From a virus: 64,000 nt of DNA. The translations under genes were made by a program, and so were the position numbers. The notes below the pieces were generated by a model. That model made no database searches, was not told where the DNA came from, and worked only from the letters and a program-made list of their open reading frames with translations. The stretch lies in the IMG/VR virus record IMGVR_UViG_3300021408_000004, positions 2,983 to 66,982 of that record, one strand, 5' to 3'. Below, one piece after another: positions 17,841 to 27,922 of the stretch; positions within the stretch are counted from its first letter, which is position 1, and every line of letters starts with the position of its first letter.

Positions 17841-20320
17841 GGCGTGGCCGGCCCGTCGACCTGGGCCACCGTGGTGTCGTGGATGGCCGGCGTGTCGGCG
17901 GCGTCGACAATCGCTATCTCCGCCGTCCACAGCTCGGAGCCCTGGGCGTCGCCGCGCCGGCACTCCCCCGAGGGCACCCGGAGCGACGCATACCAGCGGT
18001 TGCCTTCGCCGTCGCGGACGCACACGTAGGGGATCGGCGCCCAGGCCAGATCCCGGAGCGGCTGGAACAGGTCCATGGACGGGAGCGCCACCGTGCACCC
18101 GAACGAGAGGAGCACCGTGCGGGAGAACCCGTCGCCGCGCCGCTCCAGGGGCCGGAACGCCACCTCGCGGTTGCGGCCGTACATGCGCCGTAGCTCGACG
18201 TCGTCGAACTCCCGGAAGTCGAACCCGCGGGTGACCTCCCCACCCCACACCTCGGGGTAGACGCAGCCCATGCCGGTGGCGGCGTTCGACGAGAACGCCA
18301 GGGCCACCTGCCCGCCGGGCACAGTGTGGGTGACGATGTCGGACCAGTCGCCCACCACCGCGTCAGAGCGCAGGGCCCGCACCCGGTACTGGGACGCCAC
18401 CGCGATCCGGGGCTCCATGTCGTTCCAGGCGTCGGTCTCTCGGCCGTCAGCGAACGCGACCCGTTCCCAGTCGGGGGTGCGGTCGTCCATGCGGTCGATC
18501 TGGTAGCCGATCGTGTCGGGGGAGCTGGCCGGCACGGGGTCCCAGAACACCTGCACGAACGGCATGGTGTCTTCGGTGCAGCCGGGGCACGTGGCCTCCC
18601 CGGAGCAAATCTCGACGTGGTGGGCGGTCAGCGACCCGTCGGCCGTGCCCACACCGGTGACGGCGGGGGGGACCTCGACGAGCTGGGCCTGGATGTCGGA
18701 GGACCGCACCCCACCGGAGGTGAGCGGCAGCAGCGACCCCGACGACAGGAACGACCCGGACGCGAAGTCGATAGCGCCCCCGAACGTCTGGTCGTTCGTG
18801 GTGGCCTCGCCGATCAGGGCGGCGACGAACCACGGGCGGGTCTCGGTGCTGTCGGGGGAGCTGAACCGCAGCTCGTGGAGAGCGGAGGCGAGGTCGACGC
18901 CGTCGTCGAACCGGAGTTGGACGGTCTTGTAGACGACGCCCTGGTCGTCGACGTTGGACACCGGCGCGGACACGGGGAGCCGGTCGACGTCCGCCGCGGT
19001 GATCTCGACGGCCCCGAGCACCCGGGCGCCGGTGGCGGAGACGAACACCTCGGCCCGGAGCGGTGCGAGGGGGCGGCCGTCGAGCGGGCGCCAGCCGGCG
19101 ACGACGAACGCCTGGCCGTAGACCGTGGTCCCGGCGGGCACGGTGAGGGTCTGGGAGACGGTGTTCGCTCCCCAGCACACAGCACCTCGGGAGAGGGCGT
19201 AGGGCTGGGTGTCGGCGATGACGATCCCGCCGTCGAGGATCCGGGCCATGGGGACGCCGTCCAGCTGCGCCCCGGCGGCGCCCATGAGCCCCGCCTGGCC
19301 GTTGGCGGAGGTCTGCACGACCGGGTTGAACGGCTGGGCCCGGCGGATCCACGAGCCGTCCTCGGCGCGACCTCGGAGGTGACGCCACGGCATCACGATG
19401 TTGGCGACCTGGTCTTCGCCGTAGTCGATGATGCGGCGGGCCATCACGGTCAGGTCGTCGCCGATCGTCGAGGTCGGCGACCCGGTGCCGGCGGGCGTGT
19501 CCATCGAGAACGGGATCCACGACAGCGCCGTCGACGGGGACGCCACACCCACACCCTTGCGCCGCTCGGGGATAGAGAACACCCGAAGGAACGCCCGGTC
19601 GATCTTCCAGTATCCGGGGCCCGCCCGGCACTGAATGCGCACCTTCCGTTGCCCACCGGAGGCGAAGTCGCGGACCATGGACGGGGTCCAGGGGCGCCAC
19701 ACGGAGCCGCCGGGCTCGACGACAGCCTCCCCCCACCGCGCCACACCGTTTGCCCAGGTCGGCGTCCACGCCGGGTAGTCCCGGGCCCAGAGGAACGTCG
19801 TGGGCGTGTCGTAGCGGCGGATCGCCGTCGTCAGGTTGACCCGGAAATGGACCTCGACCGCGAGCACCTGCCGGTTCAGCGCGAACGCCCCGGTATTGAA
19901 CTGCACGTCGAGGAACGCATTCAGCGTCGACGACACGATGAACAGGCCGTCATCGAAGCTGTTCAGCCGCGAGATGGTCACCGGCTGGGACAAGTCCTCG
20001 TTGAACATGCCGGCGTGGCCGGTGACCGCGGTGACCGAGTAGTCGTTGTAGGTGAGGGCGCCCCACGCCTCGGCGCCGGAGTCCATCACCTCGACGATCA
20101 TGGGCCGGTTCAGGTTGTTGAAGATGGTCCCGAGCGGGCCGGCGATCGCGCCCGAGCCGGCGTACAGCTCGATGGTGTCCATGTCGCCGGTGGCCCGGGC
20201 GACCAGGTCGAGAGTCTCGACGTCGGACGCCGCGTCGATCACGCCGTGGGAGTAGCCCACGTCCAGCCGCTCAACCCCCAGCTTGCCGGGGCGGTGCAAG
20301 TTCCAGTCCGGGGCGCCCAT
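17837..20320 (-). CDS. Large minor tail protein
   Basis: 827 aa directly after the tape measure; FN3-like YQIDR...YRVRA and Dit-like C-terminus VCVRDGEG. Confidence 0.65.
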   Translation of the reverse strand: MGAPDWNLHRPGKLGVERLDVGYSHGVIDAASDVETLDLVARATGDMDTIELYAGSGAIAGPLGTIFNNLNRPMIVEVMDSGAEAWGALTYNDYSVTAVTGHAGMFNEDLSQPVTISRLNSFDDGLFIVSSTLNAFLDVQFNTGAFALNRQVLAVEVHFRVNLTTAIRRYDTPTTFLWARDYPAWTPTWANGVARWGEAVVEPGGSVWRPWTPSMVRDFASGGQRKVRIQCRAGPGYWKIDRAFLRVFSIPERRKGVGVASPSTALSWIPFSMDTPAGTGSPTSTIGDDLTVMARRIIDYGEDQVANIVMPWRHLRGRAEDGSWIRRAQPFNPVVQTSANGQAGLMGAAGAQLDGVPMARILDGGIVIADTQPYALSRGAVCWGANTVSQTLTVPAGTTVYGQAFVVAGWRPLDGRPLAPLRAEVFVSATGARVLGAVEITAADVDRLPVSAPVSNVDDQGVVYKTVQLRFDDGVDLASALHELRFSSPDSTETRPWFVAALIGEATTNDQTFGGAIDFASGSFLSSGSLLPLTSGGVRSSDIQAQLVEVPPAVTGVGTADGSLTAHHVEICSGEATCPGCTEDTMPFVQVFWDPVPASSPDTIGYQIDRMDDRTPDWERVAFADGRETDAWNDMEPRIAVASQYRVRALRSDAVVGDWSDIVTHTVPGGQVALAFSSNAATGMGCVYPEVWGGEVTRGFDFREFDDVELRRMYGRNREVAFRPLERRGDGFSRTVLLSFGCTVALPSMDLFQPLRDLAWAPIPYVCVRDGEGNRWYASLRVPSGECRRGDAQGSELWTAEIAIVDAADTPAIHDTTVAQVDGPATP

Positions 20321-23300
20321 CAGGCAATTCTCGCTTCCACGCGGGCCTCGCGCTTGTCCAGCACGTCAGCGGCAGCGTTCCCTACCCGGTCACCGAGGCG
20401 GTCGGCCTCGGCGTCGGACATGTTGCCGCTCACGTGCGTGTTGATGTTGATCACCGTCGCGCCCCCCGGTGCCCCAGCGCCGCTACGGCTGGTACCGGCC
20501 GGCGGAGCGAACGCCCCGGCGCGGTGCAGGACGTCGAACAGGCCCGACTCCTTCGCCAGGGCCAGGGTGCGGGCTGGGTCGGTGAGCGGTAGGAGCACTT
20601 CCTTGCCGGCCTCGCCGATGACCATGGCGGTGGGGTTCGTGAAGATGCCGCCGTCGGCGCCGCCGGGGAGCGCCCCGATGATGTCGCCCACGATCCCGCC
20701 GCCGGGGATGGACTCGATCTTGTCGATGAGGTCCTGGACCCAGCCGATGGCGTCGGAGATCCACCCGATGAGCGTTTCGATGGTGCCCGACACGATGTCG
20801 ATAGCGCCGCCCATGATGTCGAACGCGGTCGACACCACCCCGATCCAGAACCCGAGCCCCACCTGGAGGATGGTTGTCAGGGGCCCGATGGCGGCGGAGA
20901 TCAGGTCGCCGATCGCGCCGCCCACCACGCCGACCACGTCCGCGACGGTCTGGAAAGCGGCCTTTGCGATGTTGAGCGCTGACGAGAACGCCCCGGCCAG
21001 GTACCCGCCCAGCGGCACCAGGATGGTCTGCCAGAGGTACTGGGCCGTCGTGATGACCAGCTGGAAGGCGGCCGTCAGGATCCCGGACAGGAACCCGGCG
21101 ATGCTCGACAGGATCGGCCCGAAGAACCCGGCCAGGAAGTTGGCGAGGGGGACGAGCACGAAGTTCCACAGTGCGTTCGCGGCGATCGACACGGCGGTGA
21201 GGGCCACGGCCAGGGGGAGGAACACGAGCGCCCCGAGCGCGATGACGACGGGGGTGAGGACGGCCTGGACGAAGTTCAGGAACGGCACCAGGACCGTCTG
21301 CCACAGCCACGTGGCGGCGTCGATCAGGCCCTGGAAGGCGGGCACCACGATGTTGGTGAAGATGTCGGCGACGCCCTGGAGCGCGGCCATGAACGTGTCG
21401 GCCAGGAACTCCCCGAAGGGGACCAGCACGTCCTCCCAGAGGAACAGGAGGGCGGGACCGGCGTTGTCGGCGACGAACGAGATCAGGCCGGCGATCGCGG
21501 ACAGGACCTCAGCGAGGGTGATCGCGATGAACGCGAACGCCTTCGCCAGGGCCACGAGCAGGGGGGCGCCCAGCTCGACGATGAGCAGCGAAACCAGCTG
21601 GGCCAGCGGGCCGACCAGGGGCACGAGCGCTATCAGGATGTCGGCGAACGCCAGAGCGATATCCCCGAAGGCCTGGGACAGCTCGGGTAGGACCGGGGTC
21701 AGCTCGTTGAGCACTTCCAGGATGACGTCGGCGAGCACGGCGCCCAGCTCGCCCAGGATGGGCAGGATCGGGAGGAGCCCGGTGACCAGCTTGGCGAAGA
21801 CGTCGGCCATGATCGTCAGCTGGGAGGCGAGGCGGCCGACCAGGACGTTGGCCAGTTCGGTGACGATGGGGGCGAAGGCCTCGACGAGCACGCCGATGAC
21901 CTCGGCGAGCGGGGGCAGCAGCTCGGCCACGGCCCCGGCGATCGTGGTGAACACCTCCGCGACGATCGGCAGGATCGGCAGGAGGACGCCGGTCAGGACG
22001 TCGGCCAGGGCGCCGGCCATGATGCCGGCGAGGTCGGCCAGGACCGGGAGCAGGGCGGAGGCGACCGACAGCAGCTCGCCCCCCAGCTGCTCGACGACGG
22101 GGCCGATGGCCTCGGCCAGGGTGACGAACACGCCCGTGAACGTCTCGATGACACCGGAGTCGGCCAGGCCCTCGAATACGGAGGCGAAGACCTCGGCGAG
22201 GGCAGCGAGCTGGCCGGCGACGATGGCCAGGACGGGGCCGAACGCAGAGGAGAGCTGCTGGATGATCTCCCCGGCGACCGACAGGATCGGGGTCATAGCG
22301 ACGACCACGGAGCCGAGGGCGGAGATGACCGGGGGGATGATCGCGGCGCCCAGCTGGGCCAGCGTGGAGAGGATGGGCTGGAGAGCTATAGCGACCTGCA
22401 CCAGCAGCGGCCCGAGCGGAGCGAACGCCACAGACATCTGCTCGGCCACGAACCGGAGCGTGTTGCCCAGCACCCCGAGGCCTTCCCCGAGCCCTTCGAA
22501 GATGGCGGCTAGCCCGGGGGTGAGGCCGGCGAAGATGTCGAGCACGGCGGGGATGAGACTGGAGGCCACCGACGTGAGCGCCGGGGCCAGGATCCCGAGG
22601 GCGTCACCGACCACGGTGGTGGCCTCGGCGAGCGTCGTCTTGAGCAGCGGGATCAGGGGCTGGAACGCGTCGGTGAGCGCCAGCTGGATGGTGTCGGTGA
22701 ACGTCGACAGCAGGCCGGTGAGGGTCTGGGCCTGGGCGGCCATGGCCCCGGCGGCGCCCGGGAACTCCTTCATGCCGGCCAGGAGGGCGTCGATGCCTTC
22801 CTTCGCCGGGATGGTGCCCTTAGTGATCTGCTCTTGTAGCTCGGCGGTGGTGAGCCCGAGCCCGTCGGCCATGGCCTGGAACGGCGCGAACCCGGGGAGC
22901 GCCTCGCCGAGTTGCAGCATCTCCTCGCTGGTGACCTTGCCCCGAGACGCCATCTGACCGAGCGCCCTGACGACAGAGTCGATGGCCTCCGGCGGGGCGG
23001 CCAGCACGGCGGTGAGGTCGCCGATGGTGGTCACCACCGGGATGATCTCGTCGCGCGTGATGCCGGCGGCCTCGCCGATAGCCAGGAGGGAGCGGGCGTT
23101 GTTGGCCAGGCCCTGGAACTCGAACGGGGTGGTGGCCGCGAACTCTTGCATCTCGCGGATGAACGCGTCGGCCTCTTCGGCCGACCCGAGCAGGGCCGTG
23201 AACCCGATCTGTGTTTGCTCCAGCGCCGCGGCGCCCTTCACACCGAACGCGACGGCGGCCGCCCCGGCGATACCGAACCCGAGGGCCAGCGTCCCGAGGC

Positions 23301-24111
23301 TCGTCGTGAGGAGTCCGAACCCGCTCCCCGACGTCAGGCGAGACAGGGACTTGGAGCTGTCGTTCGCCGAGTCGCGGAACGAACGCTCGACGGCCTCGGC
23401 GGCCAGCTCGGCCTGCACCACCACCGGCCCGAAGGCGTCCGCGCCACCGATCTCGCGTAGCTCGGAGTCGATCTCATCGCCGGTGCCCGAGAACGTGTCG
23501 GTGAACGCCGACTCGACGGCCTCCGCTGCCACCTCAGCGTCACGGACGACGCTCCCGAAGGCGTCGACGCCACCGATGTCCCGTAGGTCTTCCTGGACGG
23601 CCAGAGCGGCCGCTTGGAACGCAGCCTCGACCGTGGACGCCACGCTCTCGGCGCGGAGCCCGGCGGTGCCGAAGTCATCAGCGGTGCCGATCTCCTTGAG
23701 GGCCCGCTTCGACGCGGTCTGTGCCTCACGGAACGCCGACTCGATGGCCTCGGCCGCCCGCTCCGCACCCCCCGGGATGTCGGCGAAGGCCTCGGCGCCG
23801 CCGATCTGTTCCAGGGCCAGCTCGGCGACTCGGCCGGCGTCCGAGAACGCGTCCTTGATGACGTTGCCGGTGGCCCGGGCGTCGGCCTCGGGGTCGCGCA
23901 GTGACTCGGAGATCGATCGCGACGCCTCCTTGAACGCGGCCTCGATGTCCTCCCCGACGTCGGTGAACGCCGACTCCAGGGCACGGGAGACCTCGTCGCC
24001 GACCCGCTCTACGCCTTCCAGCGAGTCGGCGACGTTGTCGATGTCCTGGTCGGCCTGCTTGGTGTCGGCCGTGACCTCTACGTGGGCCTCGGAGAGGGGG
24101 CCAGTCACCAT
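20320..24111 (-). CDS. Tape measure protein
   Basis: FAATTPFE...ALGQM...GK..EEMLQL tape-measure domain; long amphipathic repeats; C-terminal ADGG...IGEAG.E. Confidence 0.95.
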   Translation of the reverse strand: MVTGPLSEAHVEVTADTKQADQDIDNVADSLEGVERVGDEVSRALESAFTDVGEDIEAAFKEASRSISESLRDPEADARATGNVIKDAFSDAGRVAELALEQIGGAEAFADIPGGAERAAEAIESAFREAQTASKRALKEIGTADDFGTAGLRAESVASTVEAAFQAAALAVQEDLRDIGGVDAFGSVVRDAEVAAEAVESAFTDTFSGTGDEIDSELREIGGADAFGPVVVQAELAAEAVERSFRDSANDSSKSLSRLTSGSGFGLLTTSLGTLALGFGIAGAAAVAFGVKGAAALEQTQIGFTALLGSAEEADAFIREMQEFAATTPFEFQGLANNARSLLAIGEAAGITRDEIIPVVTTIGDLTAVLAAPPEAIDSVVRALGQMASRGKVTSEEMLQLGEALPGFAPFQAMADGLGLTTAELQEQITKGTIPAKEGIDALLAGMKEFPGAAGAMAAQAQTLTGLLSTFTDTIQLALTDAFQPLIPLLKTTLAEATTVVGDALGILAPALTSVASSLIPAVLDIFAGLTPGLAAIFEGLGEGLGVLGNTLRFVAEQMSVAFAPLGPLLVQVAIALQPILSTLAQLGAAIIPPVISALGSVVVAMTPILSVAGEIIQQLSSAFGPVLAIVAGQLAALAEVFASVFEGLADSGVIETFTGVFVTLAEAIGPVVEQLGGELLSVASALLPVLADLAGIMAGALADVLTGVLLPILPIVAEVFTTIAGAVAELLPPLAEVIGVLVEAFAPIVTELANVLVGRLASQLTIMADVFAKLVTGLLPILPILGELGAVLADVILEVLNELTPVLPELSQAFGDIALAFADILIALVPLVGPLAQLVSLLIVELGAPLLVALAKAFAFIAITLAEVLSAIAGLISFVADNAGPALLFLWEDVLVPFGEFLADTFMAALQGVADIFTNIVVPAFQGLIDAATWLWQTVLVPFLNFVQAVLTPVVIALGALVFLPLAVALTAVSIAANALWNFVLVPLANFLAGFFGPILSSIAGFLSGILTAAFQLVITTAQYLWQTILVPLGGYLAGAFSSALNIAKAAFQTVADVVGVVGGAIGDLISAAIGPLTTILQVGLGFWIGVVSTAFDIMGGAIDIVSGTIETLIGWISDAIGWVQDLIDKIESIPGGGIVGDIIGALPGGADGGIFTNPTAMVIGEAGKEVLLPLTDPARTLALAKESGLFDVLHRAGAFAPPAGTSRSGAGAPGGATVININTHVSGNMSDAEADRLGDRVGNAAADVLDKREARVEARIA

Positions 24112-24115
24112 GGGG

Positions 24116-24601
24116 CTATGTCACCTGTCCAGCTAGGGCTCCCGAACCGATCACCGGCACCGGAGGTTCGGCCATGGCGGCCGCTTCCCCGAGGTGCTGG
24201 CCGGCAGCGACCGACGAGCGGAACGCGTTGCGGTCACCACGCCACCAGGACGGCGGCGGGATGTTGTCGGGGGCCGTGCCGGGCACGTGCCGGCCATCCT
24301 TGCCCCGAGGGGCCCGGGTAGCCGGCGGCGCGGGACGGGTGCCGGGGCGGCGGCCGGCGGGGGAGTCGGCCTCCCGCTTCGCCGCGAGCGCCGCCAACAG
24401 GCTGTAGTCCCCATCCAGCGCCGCGTCGACAGCGGCACGGCCCTCGGGAGCCGCGCCGTCGAGCCAGCGGTGGTAGAAGAGGTTCAGCAGCCGAGGCGGC
24501 GCCAGCGTCATGGGATCTACCCCGCGGCCGGCGCACCAGCCGTCGAGGTCCCACCAGTTCCGCCGTCCCCATTCGAAGAGGAGGACGACGGCCCGGTAGG
24601 G
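24116..24601 (-). CDS. Tail assembly chaperone, frameshift (GT) extension
   Basis: W..LDGW...GVDP..L...RLLN motif; no good own start; overlaps the G gene in the -1 frame at CGC CCT ACC. Confidence 0.65.
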   Translation of the reverse strand, partial: PYRAVVLLFEWGRRNWWDLDGWCAGRGVDPMTLAPPRLLNLFYHRWLDGAAPEGRAAVDAALDGDYSLLAALAAKREADSPAGRRPGTRPAPPATRAPRGKDGRHVPGTAPDNIPPPSWWRGDRNAFRSSVAAGQHLGEAAAMAEPPVPVIGSGALAGQVT

Positions 24602-25023
24602 CGGCCGGCGTAGTGGGAGACGAGCGCCCGGAACACGGCGGCCATCTGCGGGATGGTGATCATCCCGTCGAGGTGCTGCTGACGCTTGGCCGGGGTCAGA
24701 CCCTTCGCCGGGCGGCGCATGTTGGCCTGCCACGTGGTCCACGAGTCGGGCTCCAGGACCTCCTCCAGGAACTGGACCATCTTGACCATCTGGGCGGCGC
24801 CTGAGCGGTCGAGCTTCGCCGCGGTGGCGGGGTCCAGGTTGGCGAGGTCGTCCATGGTGACGCCCTCGGGCAGAGCGGCGACGGCGTCGTCGCCCCCACT
24901 CTGAGGCACCAGGTCCAGGAAGGTGTCACCGGCGACCTCGGCGAGCCCGTGGTAGCGGACACCGTTGAGGGGGACGACCACCTTCTCCGTCCGCTTGAGG
25001 CCGGTGAAATCTTGTAGCTCCAT
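24517..25023 (-). CDS. Tail assembly chaperone (G)
   Basis: Ends YAGRPTGPSSSSS, typical of actinophage chaperones; upstream of the tape measure. Confidence 0.75.
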   Translation of the reverse strand: MELQDFTGLKRTEKVVVPLNGVRYHGLAEVAGDTFLDLVPQSGGDDAVAALPEGVTMDDLANLDPATAAKLDRSGAAQMVKMVQFLEEVLEPDSWTTWQANMRRPAKGLTPAKRQQHLDGMITIPQMAAVFRALVSHYAGRPTGPSSSSSNGDGGTGGTSTAGAPAAG

Positions 25024-25040
25024 CAGGGGGTTCCTCCCGT

Positions 25041-25385
25041 TCAGCCCCGCCCGGCGGGCAGGGCGTTGGTGAGGAATCTACGAGGTGGGATCACGTGGCC
25101 ACGAGCATGGGCTATGCGCCATGACCTGGGCGCCCAGATCGAACCCGACCCCTCGTGCACCGCCAGCGAATACTCGATGTTCGACCCGATCTCGATGACG
25201 AGCCCGTCGGCGACCACCATCGGCTCGGTGCGGTCCTGCGCGGCGCGGAGCCGACCGTTGTCGACGGGGCACAGCACCTTGGCTGCGTTGACCACCCGGA
25301 TGGCCCGCTTCACGAGGTCGCGCCCGACGGGCCCGTCAGGGCTACGGAGCAGGAAGTCGACCGCGGCGCTGTTCCGCTTCACCAT
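25041..25385 (-). CDS. HK97 gp10-like neck/tail completion protein
   Basis: CPVDNGRLR, NIEYSLAVHEG, PRRFL. Confidence 0.75.
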   Translation of the reverse strand: MVKRNSAAVDFLLRSPDGPVGRDLVKRAIRVVNAAKVLCPVDNGRLRAAQDRTEPMVVADGLVIEIGSNIEYSLAVHEGSGSIWAPRSWRIAHARGHVIPPRRFLTNALPAGRG

Positions 25386-25386
25386 G

Positions 25387-25920
25387 TCAGCAGCTCCCAC
25401 AGTTGAGGAGCCCGACGAGCACGTGCAGCTCGGACCCGACGCACTGGCCGCCCTGGCCGACCCCGAGGTGTTCCTGGAGCACCCGCTTGGTCTTGGCCCG
25501 GGCCGGATTGCCGTCGTCGAAGGGGCAGCACGACACGGCCCGGCGGACAGCGGCGCGGTCGGCGAAGTCGACCAGGGCCGCCGCGTTGATGTCGACGCCC
25601 GGCGGCGGGTGGCCCCGGCCGTCCTGGGTCGGCCCACAGCGCAGGACCGTGACCACGTACTCGACCACCGTGTACGTGGCCAGGCAGCTGGTCTCGGTGA
25701 GGAGCTGCGTCGGGAAGCTGTCGGCCGGATAGGCGGTACGGATGTGGACGGTGAGCTGGCCGCCGCAGTGGCACCAGTCCCAGGCCACCTGGCCGCCGGG
25801 CACGAGGTAGGCATGGGCCGGGGCCCCGGCCGGCGTGGCGGCGAGGGCCTCCGACGAGCACACCAGGAGCTGCTCGGCCACGTCGATCATGCGGCCGTCG
25901 GCCGGCGCCGGGCCGCCCAT
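25387..25920 (-). CDS. Tail terminator-like protein
   Basis: Cys-rich VAWDWC.CGGQL, VLRCGP, GGQCVG; position. Confidence 0.6.
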   Translation of the reverse strand: MGGPAPADGRMIDVAEQLLVCSSEALAATPAGAPAHAYLVPGGQVAWDWCHCGGQLTVHIRTAYPADSFPTQLLTETSCLATYTVVEYVVTVLRCGPTQDGRGHPPPGVDINAAALVDFADRAAVRRAVSCCPFDDGNPARAKTKRVLQEHLGVGQGGQCVGSELHVLVGLLNCGSC

Positions 25921-27917
25921 CATCCACCGCCCTGAGTCAGGGTGCGGGCCTCGCGGCCGAACGTGTCGGGGTTGTGGAACCGGGGCCGGTCCTGGAGCCG
26001 CCCAGGGTTGTAGGTGTCCAGGAACCGGTCCACCATCTGGAGGCCGGTCAGACCGTTCTCGGACAGCTCGATGATGCTGGGGAACGTCTGGTCGACGCCC
26101 TGCCGGGAGACGCCGGTGGTGTAGGCGGGGAGGCGGCACTGGCCGGTGGTGCAGAACGCGGCGTACTCGGCGGCCAGCTCGGCCAGAGCGAACGACCCGC
26201 CCGGCGGCACCGGCCGACCGAACACCGCGGTGACCGACCACGCCCCGGTGCCGGACACGGGCACGGTCCAGTCCTGGCACAGCGGCCAGCGTTCCCCGTC
26301 GCGCCGCACCAGCCTGAACCCGTCGTAGAGCACGTAGGCGTCGGCCGGGAGAACCACGCCGTCCACGATGATCTCGACGATCGACGCCGCGGTCTCGGGT
26401 AGCTCCAGGGTGTCGGCATCGTTGCACCCGCAGCCCTTGTGCCGGCAGCTGCCGCACACGGCGTTCCACCACAGCCCCGGGCCCCGCATCACGGGCCAGG
26501 TGATGCCGTCCCACCACGAGCGGGGCCGCCACCCCGAGGGGGTGCAGTCCTGCCGGCAGGGCCGGAGGGTGACGGTGCAATAGCCGTACTGCTGGCCGGA
26601 CCTCACCCACAGATCCGACGACGCGGCCATGACGGCCTCGGGGGTACCGGTGGGCGCTGCGCAGTTCTCCGGCAGCGGCCAGGGTTCACACAGCGGAACA
26701 CTCATGTCACCAGCATGGCCTACGGCCCCCCAGGTCAGAGCGGGCAGGGTGGCGCCCAGCTCGGCGTCTACGGTCGCGCTCGCTTCGATGTCGAGCCCCA
26801 GCGCCGGCAGGGTGACGGCCAGGTCACCTACCGGTGGGCCTTCGACGGTGCCCTGGAGGTCGGCCAGGAGAGCAGGAAGGACGCCGTCGAGCGTCCCCGT
26901 GCCGGCGCCAGCGGCGGCCAGCGCCACGTCGAGCGGCGGCAGCAGGCCGGCCAGGGCACCGTCGGCCGCCGCGGTGCCAGCCAGAACGCCGTCGAGCGCC
27001 GGCAGGACCGAGGCCAGATCGCCGGTGACGGCGGCCGACGTGGCGGTCAGCTCGACCACCAGCGCTGGCAGCGTCGCGTCCAGGGCGCCGTCACCGGCCG
27101 CCGTGCCGTCGAGGGAAGCGGCCAGGGGCGGCAGGGTGGCCCCCAGAGCGCCGGAGGTGGCCGCAGTGGCCGCCATGGCCACGGAGAGGGCCGGGAGGAC
27201 AGCCTGGGCCGCTCCAGCGGCTGTAGCGGTGCCAGAGGCCGCCACCGTCAGCGCCGGGAGCGTCAGAGCCAGCTCACCCACCACGGGGTCAGCAGCGGAC
27301 GGGCCCCGGTGTGCCCACGTCGTCACCGTGCGGGCCGAGGTCTCCGCCCCACCCGGCTGCCACGCCCCCGGGTTGACCGACCCGGCCGTGATCGTGTTGG
27401 TGCACGAATCGACCCGGGTCTGAGACGACAGGATCGTCTGCTGGGAGTTGGGGAGCGGGTCGACCGGATCCGGGAACGGGTCCTCGTGCGAACAGAACGT
27501 CGTCCCCACCAGGGTCTCCTCGGACCCCCACGGGAACACGAGGTTGGGCGGATCCGGGGTGTTCGACAGGAACGCCACCGCGGGCGGCGTCGCCGTGTCG
27601 AAGTTCGACAGCCGGCGGGCCACAGCGGAGAACCGGCAGGTGTTCACCGTCGTCACCGTGATGTTGGCCGGCGGCGTCGCCAGGTAGTCGCAGTACGCGA
27701 ACGAGCTGGTGACCCCACCCTCCGAAGGGGTGTTGTCCACCAGCTCGACCCACCCGGCCGGCCACGTCGTGCCGGGCGCCAGGTTGTTGCGGCCCGTGGC
27801 CATCTCGACCGTGACCCGAGACCCGATCACGGTCCCAGCGGGCAACACCACCACGTGGCTGGTGGCAGCCGTCGACCGGAAGCTGGTCTGAACGGCCTCG
27901 ACGACGGGCGCGGTCAT
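25920..27917 (-). CDS. Virion protein fusion: beta-rich domain, repeat stalk, head-to-tail adaptor
   Basis: C-terminal part from Met 26705 (LW..SG.QYG.C.VTLRPC, WPLCQD, CRLP, RQGV) is adaptor-like; nine roughly 21-aa LP(A/P)L repeats upstream. Confidence 0.65.
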   Translation of the reverse strand: MTAPVVEAVQTSFRSTAATSHVVVLPAGTVIGSRVTVEMATGRNNLAPGTTWPAGWVELVDNTPSEGGVTSSFAYCDYLATPPANITVTTVNTCRFSAVARRLSNFDTATPPAVAFLSNTPDPPNLVFPWGSEETLVGTTFCSHEDPFPDPVDPLPNSQQTILSSQTRVDSCTNTITAGSVNPGAWQPGGAETSARTVTTWAHRGPSAADPVVGELALTLPALTVAASGTATAAGAAQAVLPALSVAMAATAATSGALGATLPPLAASLDGTAAGDGALDATLPALVVELTATSAAVTGDLASVLPALDGVLAGTAAADGALAGLLPPLDVALAAAGAGTGTLDGVLPALLADLQGTVEGPPVGDLAVTLPALGLDIEASATVDAELGATLPALTWGAVGHAGDMSVPLCEPWPLPENCAAPTGTPEAVMAASSDLWVRSGQQYGYCTVTLRPCRQDCTPSGWRPRSWWDGITWPVMRGPGLWWNAVCGSCRHKGCGCNDADTLELPETAASIVEIIVDGVVLPADAYVLYDGFRLVRRDGERWPLCQDWTVPVSGTGAWSVTAVFGRPVPPGGSFALAELAAEYAAFCTTGQCRLPAYTTGVSRQGVDQTFPSIIELSENGLTGLQMVDRFLDTYNPGRLQDRPRFHNPDTFGREARTLTQGGG

Positions 27918-27922
27918 GCCGG

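Noticed and set aside
18326-22957. 1543-aa plus-strand ORF, and similar long plus ORFs at 26439-28721, 30102-32642, 34374-36689 and 38327-40093
   Set aside because: Antisense shadows of GC-rich tail, capsid, protease and portal genes with no recognisable motifs, unlike 36738-37454
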